From Squalus acanthias (lineage: Eukaryota), in contig CM059438.1 in assembly GCA_030390025.1 (NCBI GenBank), positions 62,994,001 through 63,058,000 of the forward strand: 64,000 bases of DNA, in the 5' to 3' direction. The notes under the pieces were generated by a model. That model searched no databases, had not been told where the DNA came from, and saw only the letters and a program-made list of their open reading frames with translations. Position numbers and translations under genes: made by a program. Shown one piece after another: positions 35,163 through 46,611 of this stretch (positions within the stretch are counted from its first letter, which is position 1; each line of letters opens with the position of its first letter).

Positions 35163-38100
35163 CAGAAACACAAAATGCTGGGAATACTTAGTAGGTCAGA
35201 CAGCATCTGTGGAGAGAGAAACAGAGTTAACGTTTCAGATCATAACATAAGAAATAGGAGCAGGATTAGGCCACTTGGCCCCTCGAGCCTGCTCCGCCAT
35301 TCAATAAGATCATGGCTGATCTTGGGCTCAAAGCCACTTCCCCGCCCGCTCCCCATAACCCTTCACTCCCTTATCTTGTAAAAATCTGTCTAGCTCCACC
35401 TTAAATGTATTTAATGACCCAGCCTCCACAGCTCTCTGGGGCAGAGAATTCCACAGATTTACGATCCTCTGAGAGAAGAAATTCCTCCTCATCTCAGTTC
35501 TAAAAGGGCGACCCTTTATTCTGAAACTGTGCCCTCGAGTTCTAGATTTCCCCACGAGGGGCAACATCCTCTCTGCATCTACCTTGTCGAGCCCCCTCAG
35601 TATCTTATATGTTTCAATAAGATCACCTCTCATTCTTCTCAATTCCAGTGAGCATAGGCCCAGCCTGCTCAACCTTTCTTCATAAGTCAACCCCCTCATC
35701 TCTGGAATTAACCTAGTGAATCGTCTCTGAACTGCCTCCAATGCAAGTATATCTTTCCTTAAATAAGGAGACCAAAACTGCACGCAGTACTCAAGGTGTG
35801 GTCTCACCAATACCCTGTACAGTTGTAGCAGGACTTCCCTGCTTTTATACTCCAACCCCCTTGCAATAAAGGCCAACATTCCATTTGCCTTTTTGATTAC
35901 TTGCTGCACCTGTATGCTAACTTTTTGTGTTTCATGCACAAGGACCCCCAGGTCCCTCTGAACTGTAGCATTTTGTAATCTCTCTCCATTTAAATAATAA
36001 TTTGCTTTTTTATTTTTCCTGCCAAAGTGGATAACCTCGCACTTTCCCACATTATACTCCATCTGCCAAATGTTTGCCCACTCACTTAGCCTGTCTATAT
36101 CCCTTTGCAGATTCTTTGAGTCCTCTGCACAACTTGCTTTCCCACTCATCTTTGTATCATCTGCAAACTTGGCTACATTACACTCGGTCCCTTCATCCAA
36201 GTCATTAATGTAGATTGTAAATAGTTGAGGCCTCAGCACCGATCCCTGTGGCACCCCACTAGTTACCGTTTGCCATCCGGAAAATGACCCATTTATCCTG
36301 ACTTTCTGCTTTCTGTTAGTTAGCCAAAGATCGAAGACCTTTCATCAGAACTGGAAAACGTTTGACATGTAACAGATTTTAAGCAAGTGCAGGGGCAGGG
36401 AAAAGGGGGAGGGGAGGAAAGAAAGGTCTGTGATAGGTTGGAAGGCAGGAGTGATTAAATGACAAAAGGTATGATGGTACAAAGCAAAAGGAGATGGTAA
36501 TGGGACAGGTAAAGAAACAAAAGATGAGTCTAGAAGCGGTGGAAATGGGAATGGCAGAATCATCAACAACTGCCATGTGAAACAATAGGGGCAGAGGTTA
36601 TGGTCTAAAATTGTTGAACTCGATGTTGAGTCCAGAAGGTGACCGGAAGCTCGGGGTCACGCTTATGGACTGAATGGAGGTGTTCCGCAAAGCGGTCACC
36701 CAAACTACGTTTGATCTCCCCAATGTAGAGGAGACCACATCGTGAGCAGCGAATACAGTATACTAAATTGCAAGAAGTACAAGTAAATCGCTGTTTCACC
36801 TGGAAGGAGTGTTTAGGGCCCTGGACAGTGGGAAGGGAGGAGGTAAAAGGGCAGGTGTTGCATCTCCTGCGCTTGCACGGGAAGGTGCCAAGGGGAGGGG
36901 GTGTTGGGGGTGAGTGAGGAGTGGACCAGGGTGTTGCGGAGGGAGTGGTCCCTTCGGAATGCTGAAAGGGGAGAAGAGCGGAAGATGTGTTTGGTGGTGG
37001 GATCACATTGGAGGTGGCGGAAATGGCAGAGGATGTTCCGTTGAATGTGGAGGCTGGTGGGGTGAAAGGTGAGGACAAGGGAAACCCTATCGTGGTTCTG
37101 GGAGGGAGGGGTGAGAGCAGAAGTGCAGGAAATGGAACGGACACGGTCAAGGGCCATGTCAACCACGGTAGAGGGGAATCCTTGTTTGAGGAAAAAGTAA
37201 GACATATCGGAAGCACTAGTATGGAAGGTGGCATCGTCAGAACAGATGCGACGGAAACTGAGAAACTGGGAGAATGGAATAGAGTTCTTACAGGTAGTGG
37301 GGTGGGACGAAGTGTAATCCAGGTAGCTGTGGGAGTCAGTGGGCTTATAGTGGATGTTTGTCGATAGCCTATCCCCAGAAACGGAGACAGAGAAGTCGAG
37401 GAAGGGAAGGGAAGAGTCGGAGATGGACCATGTGAAGGTAAGGGAAGGGTGGAAATTGGAAGCAAAGTGAATGAAATTTTCTAGTTCAGGGCGAGAGCAG
37501 GAAATACCGATACAGTCATCAATGTACTGGAAAAAGAGGTGAGGGAGGGGACCTGATTACGACTGCAACACAAATGTTCCACATATCCCACAAAAAGGCA
37601 GGCATAGCTAGGACCCATGCAGGTTCCCAAAGCAGCACCTTTAATTTGGAGGAAGTGAGTGGAGTCAGAGGAGAAGTTGTTCAATGTGAGAACAAGTTCA
37701 GCCAGGCGGAGGAGGGTGGTGGTGGATGGGAACTGGTTGGGCCTCTGGTCAAGGAAGAAGCGGAGCGCCCTTAGGCCATCCTGGTAGGGGATGGAGGTGT
37801 AGAGGGATTGGATGTCCATAGTGAGATGGAGACGGTTGGGGCCAGGAAACTGGAAACTGTTAAAGTGGTGGAGGGCGTTGGAAGAGTCGCGGCTGTAGGT
37901 GGGAAGAGACTGGACAAGGGGAGAAAAAATAGAGTCGAGATAGGAAGAAATCAGTTCCGTGGGGGAAGAACAGGCTGAAACGATGGGCCTACCAGGGCAG
38001 TCCTGTTTGTGGATCTTGGGAAGGAGGTAGAAGCAGGCTGTGCGGGGTTGGGGAACTATGAGGTTGGCGGCCATGGAGGTAAGATCTTCAGAGGAGATGA

Positions 38101-39284
38101 ATTCAGTGACAGTCTTGGAAAGGATGGCTTGCTGTTCGGTAGTGGGGTCATGGTCCAGGCAGAGGTAGGAGGAGCTGTCAGAGTTGACGTTTAGCTTCCG
38201 CAAGGTAGAGGTTGGTTTGCCAAACAACAACAGCACTACCCTTATCAGCAGGTTTAATGATAATGTTGGGGTTGGATCTGAGAGAACGGAGTGCTGCACG
38301 TTCAGAGGGAGGTAGGTTGGAGTGAGTGAGGGCAGCAGAGAAATTGAGACGGCTGATGTCACGCCGACAGTTCTCAATGAAAAGAGCTAGAAAGGGTAAG
38401 AGGCCAGAGGGAGGGGTCCAGGTAGAACGAGAATTCTGAAAATGAGAGAAAGGGTCAACTGTGCAGGGGGAAGACTCCTGGTCAAAGAAGTGGGCATGGA
38501 GACGAAGGCGATGGAAAAAGAGCTCAGCATTGTGCCGAGCTCGAAATTCATTGAGATGGGGGCGTAAGGGGATAAAGCTCAGGCCTTTGCTGAGGACTGA
38601 TCGTTCGGGGTCAGAGAGGGGAAGGTCAGAGAGGATAGTGAAAACACAGCAGGGGGTGAGATTGGAAGGAGGGATGGGGTCAGAGGAAAGTGAAGGGGAA
38701 GGTGGTTCCGGAGGGGCATTGGTGTCCAAGAGTTGTTGAAACTTACGATCCTTGACACCTGAAAGGAAGAAAAAAAGATTTTTGTTAAAGCGCCGGATGA
38801 GGCGAAGGTTGAAATGGAACTACGGACCAGGACAGCTTTGAGATAGAGTGAGTCGGTGCTGCTGAAGAGAGAGTTCGAGAGTGCGCATGTGATGGCATTG
38901 AGCGTGGATCTCGGGATGTGGCGAGAGCAGTCGTTCGAGGGACGCTGAATATCTTGGAGATATCTGTAATCCTGGGTGGATCCAAAACATGAAGCGTGGA
39001 ATTTCAGTTGGAATCCACGTGGAATAAGTCGGAGCCAGAGATGTGGCTGTGAAAGCGAGTTTTGGTAGATACCTGATCAAACACGAGAAGGGAAACAGAA
39101 AACAATGAGGGTGAACAAGGTAAAAGAGACAATTGGAAATCCTGTCGGAGAGAAGAGCAGAACATCTTCAAGGTGGGCCTTCCTAGAAGAGAAGTGGCAG
39201 TGAATTAAACACGAATACCAAAGCAAAATACTGCAGATGCTGGAAATCAGAAATAAAAACAGAAAATGCTGGAAATACTCAGCA
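35163..39284 (-). mobile_element. Near full-length Penelope-like retroelement (RT + GIY-YIG), frameshifted
   Basis: IIIKPADKG, FYLLPKIHK...PGRPIVS, MDIQSLYTSIP and GTCMGPSYA RT motifs, plus LVYCIRCSRCGLLYIGE...RFAEH GIY-YIG. Direct terminal repeat at 35163-35240 and 39222-39284. Confidence 0.93.
35242..36327 (-). mobile_element. CR1 3' fragment (308-aa open frame) inserted in the Penelope terminus
   Basis: PQGSVL, KFADD and RPHLEYCVQFWSP motifs, with TSD AGATC at 35237-35241 and 36328-36332. Confidence 0.93.
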
Positions 39285-39654
39285 GGGAACATTGGTTGTA
39301 GGGCTGGAGGAGATTACAGAGATAGGGAGGGACGAGGTCATGGGGGGATTTTAACACAAGGATGCGAACTTTAAATTTGAGGCGTCGGTGGACTGGAAGC
39401 CAGTGTGGTAGGTCAGCAAGCACAGAAGTGATGGGTGAACGGGACTTGCTGCGAGTTAGGATACGGGCAGGAGAGGTTTGGATGAAAGCCAGGAGTACAA
39501 GGGCCGGCAACTTAAGAATTGCCTTCAGCAGCCATTTCTTTTCTGTCTGAGGGCTCAGCCAGCCCGCGCAGTCCAAGAACGCCTGTTCCCGATCACCGGC
39601 CCATATAGATCTCCTCCAGCACCTACAAACCCGGCTGACTTTTAAACAACTGCA

Positions 39655-40350
39655 CCCTCCTTCCAATGAACCTGCCAGAGGTGGCGATTAGAATGGAATC
39701 AGGTTCATTCTAGCCGGCAGTTTCCAAGGTAACGATTGACCATCTGTGGACTGTAAAAGCTACAGCCTGTTGAGCCACAGTTGACAGCAGGAAGCTGTTC
39801 TAACTGTCCCAATCACTTACAGTACAGTGGCTTGTTCCCTCCAGCGTTGCGGGATCTTCCCTGAAATGTAAATGACGGCAGATTCCACAGCACTGGCACT
39901 GTTGCAGGTCTACTGTCCGGTGAAGCAATGCTGCAGTACTGAGCCTCACCGTGTGAAGCAGCTGAATTATAGCTATAATGATATAATCCCTCCTGCCATC
40001 TTAATTTGGCTCCTTCACACCGTAAGACTCGAACTAGCCAAATCAATTCAAATAAAGGGATTAGTCGCAAATAAAACCTTTTTTTTTGATGTAACATTTT
40101 AAAAATTCCATGAAAATGGATTAAAAAATTTAATAAAGGAAGCTAGTATTTATTTTGAACACTTTTGATTTGTAAGTGATTTGGACAGTTCGAACCCCTT
40201 CCAGCTGTCAGCTGTGACTTGGACAGGCTGTAGTTTTTCTGCAGCTTTTACAGTCTACAGATGGTCAATCATTATGCTGAAAACTGCCGGCTAGAATGAA
40301 CCTGATTCCATTCTAATTGCCACCTCTGGCAGGTTCCTTTAGAAGAAGGG
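39655..40350. mobile_element. Long-TIR (about 165 bp) non-autonomous DNA element, superfamily unassigned
   Basis: 39655-39820 is an imperfect inverted repeat of 40171-40350 (for example gaacctgccagaggtggc...tagaatggaatcaggttcattctagccggcag). Confidence 0.75.
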
Positions 40351-40519
40351 TATATTTTTGTTGCAGTGGTTCTTGGCCCCGTGGCTTGTACATCATCATA
40401 ATATCATCAGGGAAGGGATGACTTCAGTGAGCTGCCTCTAGATTCTCAGGAGGTGCGGCTTGAAGCTGTGGGCTTTCTTGGTTTTTGCACGAGATGCGAG
40501 CGAATCTGATTGAAGGTTG

Positions 40520-40825
40520 AAGTGGGTAAGTACATCGGCCAGTGTGGTAGTGAGCCACACAGAACAGGAGCTTTGATTCCTGATCTGTGCTGAATCAGTT
40601 GATCTCAGCTGAGGTGACGGTTGGGTTGCTACAGGTAACCTCAGTGTACCCCCCAGCGTTCTTGCTCCGTGTTGGAAAGTGCGTCCGGATGCCGGGGGGG
40701 ACGACGAGCCCAGTCTTGCTGTGTCGTCCCACTCCACGCTTGGTGAAATAATCTTTTGGTGAAGTAGGCAAGGAACCAATGAACCAGCATCCATGAACCC
40801 AAACCCCAGCATGAGTCAGCAGCCG
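40520..40825 (+). mobile_element. LF-SINE-like element
   Basis: gtgtggtagtgagccacacaga...tctgtgctgaatcagttgatctcagc...ccccagcatgagtcagc. Confidence 0.65.
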
Positions 40826-41656
40826 TTTTTGTTACCGAACAACAGAAAGAATTTTCCACTATTAACGCTCTCAGCCCTATCGTAATTTAAAGCGTTTGTT
40901 TTGGGTCCTCCCCCCCCCCCCCCCCCCCCCACCCCCAAGCTTCTCCATACTAAACATTGACACACAAACTCATGTCAAACTGGTTGAAGCCCTGTGTAAT
41001 TTTGTTTGACAACTCATCTGTTCCACGCTTCTTGTAGAATTGGCTCATGTTTAGCCTATTGGAATGAATGAATTAAACGCTAAACAAACCGTGGTATGCT
41101 TTAGTGTGCCATCCAATTATTTGTAATTACAGCTTCAAATTATAATTAATGCTGGTCCCTGTTTCTATGGTTAACATTATTGAGGCATTTACTCAATACA
41201 AAATGATGCAGGATATTCCCAAATGAACATTTTCAAGGATGGACAAAGTGAAACAGCTCGTCATGGTTTACATTATTTAGTCCCTTTAGTATCCTAAAGC
41301 GGCCTCTCAAACCTTCTCTTTTCCAGTGAGAACATGCCCAGTTTACATAATCACTTGTCATAATCCAAACCCGCCATCCTCTCAATCATTCTGGTTGCTC
41401 ACTTCTGTACCTTTCATTAACTGCAATATCCTTTTTGTTCTGCGGAGACTGGAATTGTACACAGTATTATAAGTGTGGTCACACCAATGATTTATAAAGT
41501 AGCAGGATTACCTCACTATTTCAGCTCAATATTGACCTTTTAATACATCCCAACATCTGATTAGCTTTACTCACTGCCACCGAGCATGGTTGCGATAGCT
41601 TCAATTTATTGTCAATCAGGACCCCCAGATCTCTCTCATTTTCCATGCACGTTATT

Positions 41657-42386
41657 GGCCCAGAAATTAAAGACTGAGTGTTGACACGGGGGTAAGGCTT
41701 CTCACTCCGCGTTGGCTTTTTCAGATCCAGCTCGCACGAACTTGATGTTCTAGACATCAGCTGGGCAGTGCTTGCGTATCCCACCGGCGTAGTGAATTCG
41801 TGCGAGCTGTGGGATCACGTGACTCAGTTAGAGCCAATGGCAGCACACCATCTTCCATTCATAAGTTTCACATACGTGCTGTGAAAGCTATGAATCTTAC
41901 ACACCCCCAAAATAACAGCTAAACCTCAATTAAATTAAAAAAAATACCCATCACATTAATAAAATAAGTATAGTTAAATAAATTAACCATTTTAAATAAA
42001 AAATTAAATTTTTGAAAAAATGTAAAATCTTTTAAAAAGTTATAAAAATAAACTTACCTGTCTTTAAAGTCTCTAAAAAAGATATACCTGTTAAAAAAAA
42101 TTCAAAATAATACTTAATTCACTACTTACCTTGTTAAAAGTGGGTCTTACTCCTTTTTTCATTTCTAAAATCTTCCGTCCTTACCTGCGCGTCCAAAGCA
42201 CTAAGTGCACAGCGTGCGCGCAGCCTGTAGCGCGCACGCGGTGCACCGAGGAACCGCCCCCTTTTCCAAAAACCAAGTGCCGGTTTTCAGCGCATGCGCA
42301 GTGCATGCAGAAAACCGGCAATTGGTGACAGAATACGCGAGAGTACACAGTGCGTACTCTCGCGTCGCGGGACTAATTTTTGGGCC
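41657..42386. mobile_element. PIF/Harbinger-type MITE
   Basis: TIRs GGCCCAGAAATTA / TAATTTTTGGGCC with ATT TSD at 41654-41656 and 42387-42389. Confidence 0.85.
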
Positions 42387-42626
42387 ATTATCTTTCACAT
42401 TATTTCAGTAATAGTCCCTTCCTGGATTTTTTGTCCTCATGTAAAGCACTTTGCTTTTCTCTCCATTGAATTTCATCTGCCGCCTGTCTGCCCGATTCCC
42501 AAGTATATCCAAATACCCCTGTAGATTATCCCGTTCAGCTTTGTAGTCACCTTCCTTAGCTCTGTATCATCTGGAAACTTAACCACTGTGCTTGTGACTC
42601 CGAGCTCCAGATAATTTATGATATTT

Positions 42627-43390
42627 CAACAACAAAATTCATTTATATAGCACCTTTAACGTAGTAAAACGTCCCAAGATGCATCACAGGAGCATTATCA
42701 AACAAAATTTGACACCAAGTTTTATAAGGAGATATTAGGACAGGCCTGGTCAAAGTATTGGGTTTTAAGGAGTGTCTTAAATGAGGTAGAGAGGCGCTTA
42801 GGGAGGGAATTCCAGAGCTTAGGGCCTTGGCAGCTGAAGGCACGGCTACCAATGATGGAGCCATGATAATCAGGGATGCGCAGGAGGCCAGAATGCGAGG
42901 AGCTCAGAGATCTCGGAACATTGTAGGGCTGGAGGAGGTTACAGAGATACGGAGGGGTGAGGCCGTGGGGGGATTTGAAAACAAGGGTGAGAATTTTTAA
43001 ACCTAGGCATTGCCGGACTGGGAGCCAATGTAGGTCAGCGAGCACTGGGGTGATGGGTGAACGGGACTTGGTGTGAGTTAGGACACGGGCAGCAGAGTTT
43101 TGGATGAGCTCAAGTTTATGGAGGGTGCAAGGTGGGAGGCCGGCCAGGAGAGTATTGGAATGGTCGAGTCTAGCGGTAACAAAGGCAGGGATGAGGGTTT
43201 CAGCAGCAGATGAGCTGAGGCAGGGGCGGAGACGGGCGATGTTAGGGAGGTGGAAGTTGGCGATCTTGGTGATGGAGAGGATATGTGATCAGACGTTCGG
43301 CTCAGGGTCAAATAGAACGCCATGTTTTACCCTCCGTTAGTGGCCAGGGAGAGGGATGGAGTCGATGGCGAGGGATCGGAGTTTGTGGCT
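42627..43390 (-). mobile_element. L2 3' fragment
   Basis: LADLHWLPVRQ...KLWNSLP...FKTLLKT motifs and L2 tail. Confidence 0.88.
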
Positions 43391-43542
43391 CAAATAAGAG
43401 GTGTCCCAAAACAGACCCCTGTGAGACCCTACTGGTAACAATCGCCCAGGCTGATGACAATCCCTGTACCACCACCCTCTGGGTTCCATCAGTCAACCAA
43501 TTAAATATCCATTGTAAAATATTTTCATTAATTACTTTCGTT

Positions 43543-43827
43543 ATAGAAACATAGAAACATAGAGCAGGAGTAGGCCATTCGGCCCGTCGAGCCTGCTCCA
43601 CCATTCAATACGATCATGGCTGATCATCCAAATCCAGTACCCTGTCCCTGCTTTCTCACACAGAATCCCCACATCGAGCCTGCACCTATCCCACCCTATC
43701 CCCGTAACCCCACGTATTTAATTCCCCCTAACATATCCCATCCTATCCCCATAACCCCACATATTTAATCCCCCCTATACACTAAGGGTCAATTTATCAT
43801 AGCCAAATCAACCTAACCCGCACATTT
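43543..43827 (-). mobile_element. CR1-type tail plus V-SINE (HE1-like) fragment with an internal duplication of about 46 bp
   Basis: (TAGAAACA)n tail, cctatccccrtaaccccacrtatttaat twice, and cactaagggtcaattt...caacctaacccgcacat. Confidence 0.6.
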
Positions 43828-43859
43828 TTATATTCAGTACCAGCCTTTCCAGAGACACT

Positions 43860-44520
43860 GGTGGGAATTTTAACCCCCAAAAATGGGTGGGCTTTGGTCA
43901 GGTGGGATGTAAAAATGTTAATCTCAAACCCGACCCCTGCTCGCCTCCAACCTGCCCACTTCCAGTTTTAACGGAGGTGGGACGGGCAACCAATCCGTTC
44001 CCAGGAGGCGGGTTGGGCATTTAAATATTATAATAAGGCTGCGTGCCTCAGATTTTATCTCCATTTTAAATTTCACCTAGCGGCTAAAGGGAGGCAAGGA
44101 CTGCTGGATCAAGCAGGTTAGTGCCTTTTCACTTACCTGCTAGATCCAGCTTACCTGCTTCCGCCACCCACCCCTCACCGGCAATCTCCCACCCCTACAA
44201 TCTCCCACCAACCCGACTGTTCCGTTTCCCCCCCCCCCCCCCCCCCCCCTCGGTCTCCGGACCCCCGATGTTTCCGATCAATCCACGGCCCCTGGCCTGC
44301 GATCTCTCCCTCTCCGCTCCCCGGATGTGGCCTGGTGCCACAGGCCTCCTGCCCGCCAGCCAGCCTCTTCATTTCCCGGCCGCAGCCAGCCAGATTGAGA
44401 CCAAAAAAAATGTTAATCAGGTCCTGCCGTTAAATTCGGCAAGACGTGAGGGAAACCCATTCTTCCGACCGCAAAACGGCATCCCCGCTCCCTCCCAGCC
44501 TCCGCTTTAATCGTGGGGCC
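43860..44520. mobile_element. PIF/Harbinger-type MITE with degenerate TIRs
   Basis: ACT TSD at 43857-43859 and 44521-44523 restores the host CR1 frame (AFDTV|SLERL). Subterminal GGAGGCGGG motifs. Confidence 0.72.
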
Positions 44521-45294
44521 ACTGTATCAAAGGCCTTACTGAAATCCAAGTACACCACATCCACTGCCTTACCTTTATCAATCTCCCTTGTCACACCCTC
44601 AAAGAAAACCGCTAAATTCGATTGACAAGACCTGCCCTTCGTGAACCCGTTTTGGCCATCTTCCACCTTGGCCACCGATTATCACCATTCAGCACTTCAA
44701 GGTCAGGTTTAAGGTGGCTTAGTTCAAGCTTAATACTCATGTGAAATGGAGCCGGGTGTGGTAGCATTGAGCTGCTTGGCTTGTCCACACTGAAAATGGT
44801 GGCACAAGTGGGGCAGCAGCAGTTAATTTTCCACTTCAAGTCCATCGTTAATTTATATTTGCAGTGGCGAGGCTGTCCAACACGTGGCTGTTGAGGGCTT
44901 TGACACCCAAGCACTTAAGCGTGACATGTCACTGCTCATTTCTAATTTACGGCCAGTGGTAAGTTAATATAACATGAAAATAAATCAGCTTAACAAGAAA
45001 TGAGCCACTTGACCTTCAGTAAGTCTGAATTTATTTTTTGCTGAGAACAGAGGGAAAATTGCAGGAATTATTTGAAGGAGCCTGAGTTTGGTAATGAAGT
45101 AAGAAAAGCTATCATTTGGAAGAGGCAGTTAATGGGATCAAAATTCCACTGTGCCCAAAATAGCCAGTGTCAAGATATCTCCCCATAATTTTTAATTGGC
45201 ATACTGAGTCTGGTGGAATGGGAGTATTGCCAGTTCTTCCAATAATATTAATTAATGAATATCCCTTCATTAAAAAAAAATGGGAGGGATAGGA

Positions 45295-45640
45295 ACATTG
45301 AGTGGCGCTGTAATTTAGTCATGGGCCTTTCTGGATTTGAGTCCAGACGGGTGGGGACAGCCTGCTCCTGTCTGCCGCCTGTAAGGATCCCACATGACCT
45401 GAGCTTGGACAGTCTCGGTCCAATTCTGAGTGGTTACGGGCCCACAGCAAGAACAACCTCCTAATTTGGCACTGAATGGTCAATAACAACGGACGACTGG
45501 TTTGGGAAATGGAAAAATTCTAAACTGCACTGCAGTGGATGTTCTCCTGAGGTGGCGGCCGAGGCACCATTGTTGGGGCAGAGTTGAGTCAGCTTTACTT
45601 TGCATCGAGCTCCACTGTAACTATGCTGGGAGTGCTTGAA
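45295..45640 (+). mobile_element. AmnSINE2-like ancient SINE
   Basis: gtctcggtccaattctgagtgg...aatttggcact...gaggcaccattgttggggcag resembles the recalled AmnSINE2 consensus. A related head lies at about 57040-57130. Confidence 0.5.
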
Positions 45641-45654
45641 GGGTTAGTATAGAG

Positions 45655-45906
45655 TAGGGTTGCCAACTGTGGTTGGATGTATCCCTGGAGGTTTCATCAC
45701 CCTGCCTCCTGCCTCTGACTGTCCCACTTGGTCAAACAGCCTAGTTATAACTAATAAACAAAAGTGTTCAAAGAAAATAAAAATAAAAACATAATTGCTT
45801 TTAATGGCCCTTTGATTTTCCTCCTGGGTTGCCCGTAGAGGTGTCCTGGAGATTAATCTTCAATTCCTGAAGACTCCAGGAGAATCCTGGAGCATTGGCA
45901 AACTGA
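45655..45906. mobile_element. hAT MITE (TAGGGTTGCCAAC family), opposite orientation to 12519-12781
   Basis: TAGGGTTGCCAAC left end, TSD gtatagag/gcattgag. Confidence 0.75.
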
Positions 45907-46611
45907 GCATTGAGACAACTTTACTCTGCGTCTAATTACTACATGTGATTTGGGGATACTTGATGCTGAATGCTTGAAATTGAAAACATTTCAGTCCCAG
46001 CCCCAACATCCCTTAGGCTTGATGATCACAGAATTCGCACAGAAATGTGGCACGTATCCCTCATTCTTGGATGTCGCAGTTTGTTTCAATGTGAATTTGT
46101 CATGGATTTAAAATGAGAGAAAGATGGCCACTGGTTTCACGATGAGTTATTCTGAGCTGGAGCTAGGAATTGGCAGGCAGCTGCAGTCAGTTATTGATAC
46201 ACACAGACGTAAGGAACTCAGTCATTCTTTATGGGGAGGCATGTTTTAATATTAATGAAAAATTATTTGTTATTGTGCGTTCAATATATTTGTTCAGAAT
46301 TGTTGGTGGAAGTCTCTTGCTTATTGGAGAAGAAAAAGACATTTTGCTTTCAGATTATTGATTTTATGTTGGACAACTGCAAAGTGTTTTTTCCCCGAAA
46401 TATGAAAATAATTGATTACGAGGGAAGTACATCTAGAATCATAGAATTCTATGATTCTAATTGATTACGAGGGAAATGCAGCACTCTGAAGTACATCTGT
46501 TTGAAATGAGCCAGGTTTGTTTTTATTTAAGGTGGTAATTCAAACTCAAACATTTTTTTTACTAACTTTTTGACCAGTGCTGCAATCCCAAGTGTAATGT
46601 CTTGCTCACGG

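Larger units (their letters stand above)
35011..39294. mobile_element. hAT-type MITE (CAATGTTCCC family) enclosing a Penelope element
   Basis: TIRs CAATGTTCCC (35011) / GGGAACATTG (39285-39294) and a perfect TSD GTTGTAGG at 35003-35010 and 39295-39302. Confidence 0.85.
34712..39485 (-). mobile_element. L2 3' fragment split by a nest (pieces 34712-35010 and 39295-39485)
   Basis: TIGGCAFSRLGPKL on one side and WLPVHRRLKFK...PPYLCNLLQPYN on the other, joining at GTTGTAGG. Confidence 0.82.
41270..44662 (-). mobile_element. Old CR1 interrupted by four later insertions
   Basis: Colinear pieces GFTKGRSC...LDFSKAFDTV (44521-44662), NWLTDGTQRVVV...VSQGSVLG (43395-43540), the FPDD region (42390-42626), and [12 protein letters not shown]...NQMLGCIKR (41270-41653). 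Confidence 0.8.

Noticed and set aside
36640..36900. Stand-alone GIY-YIG homing endonuclease
   Set aside because: It is the C-terminal domain of the Penelope ORF.
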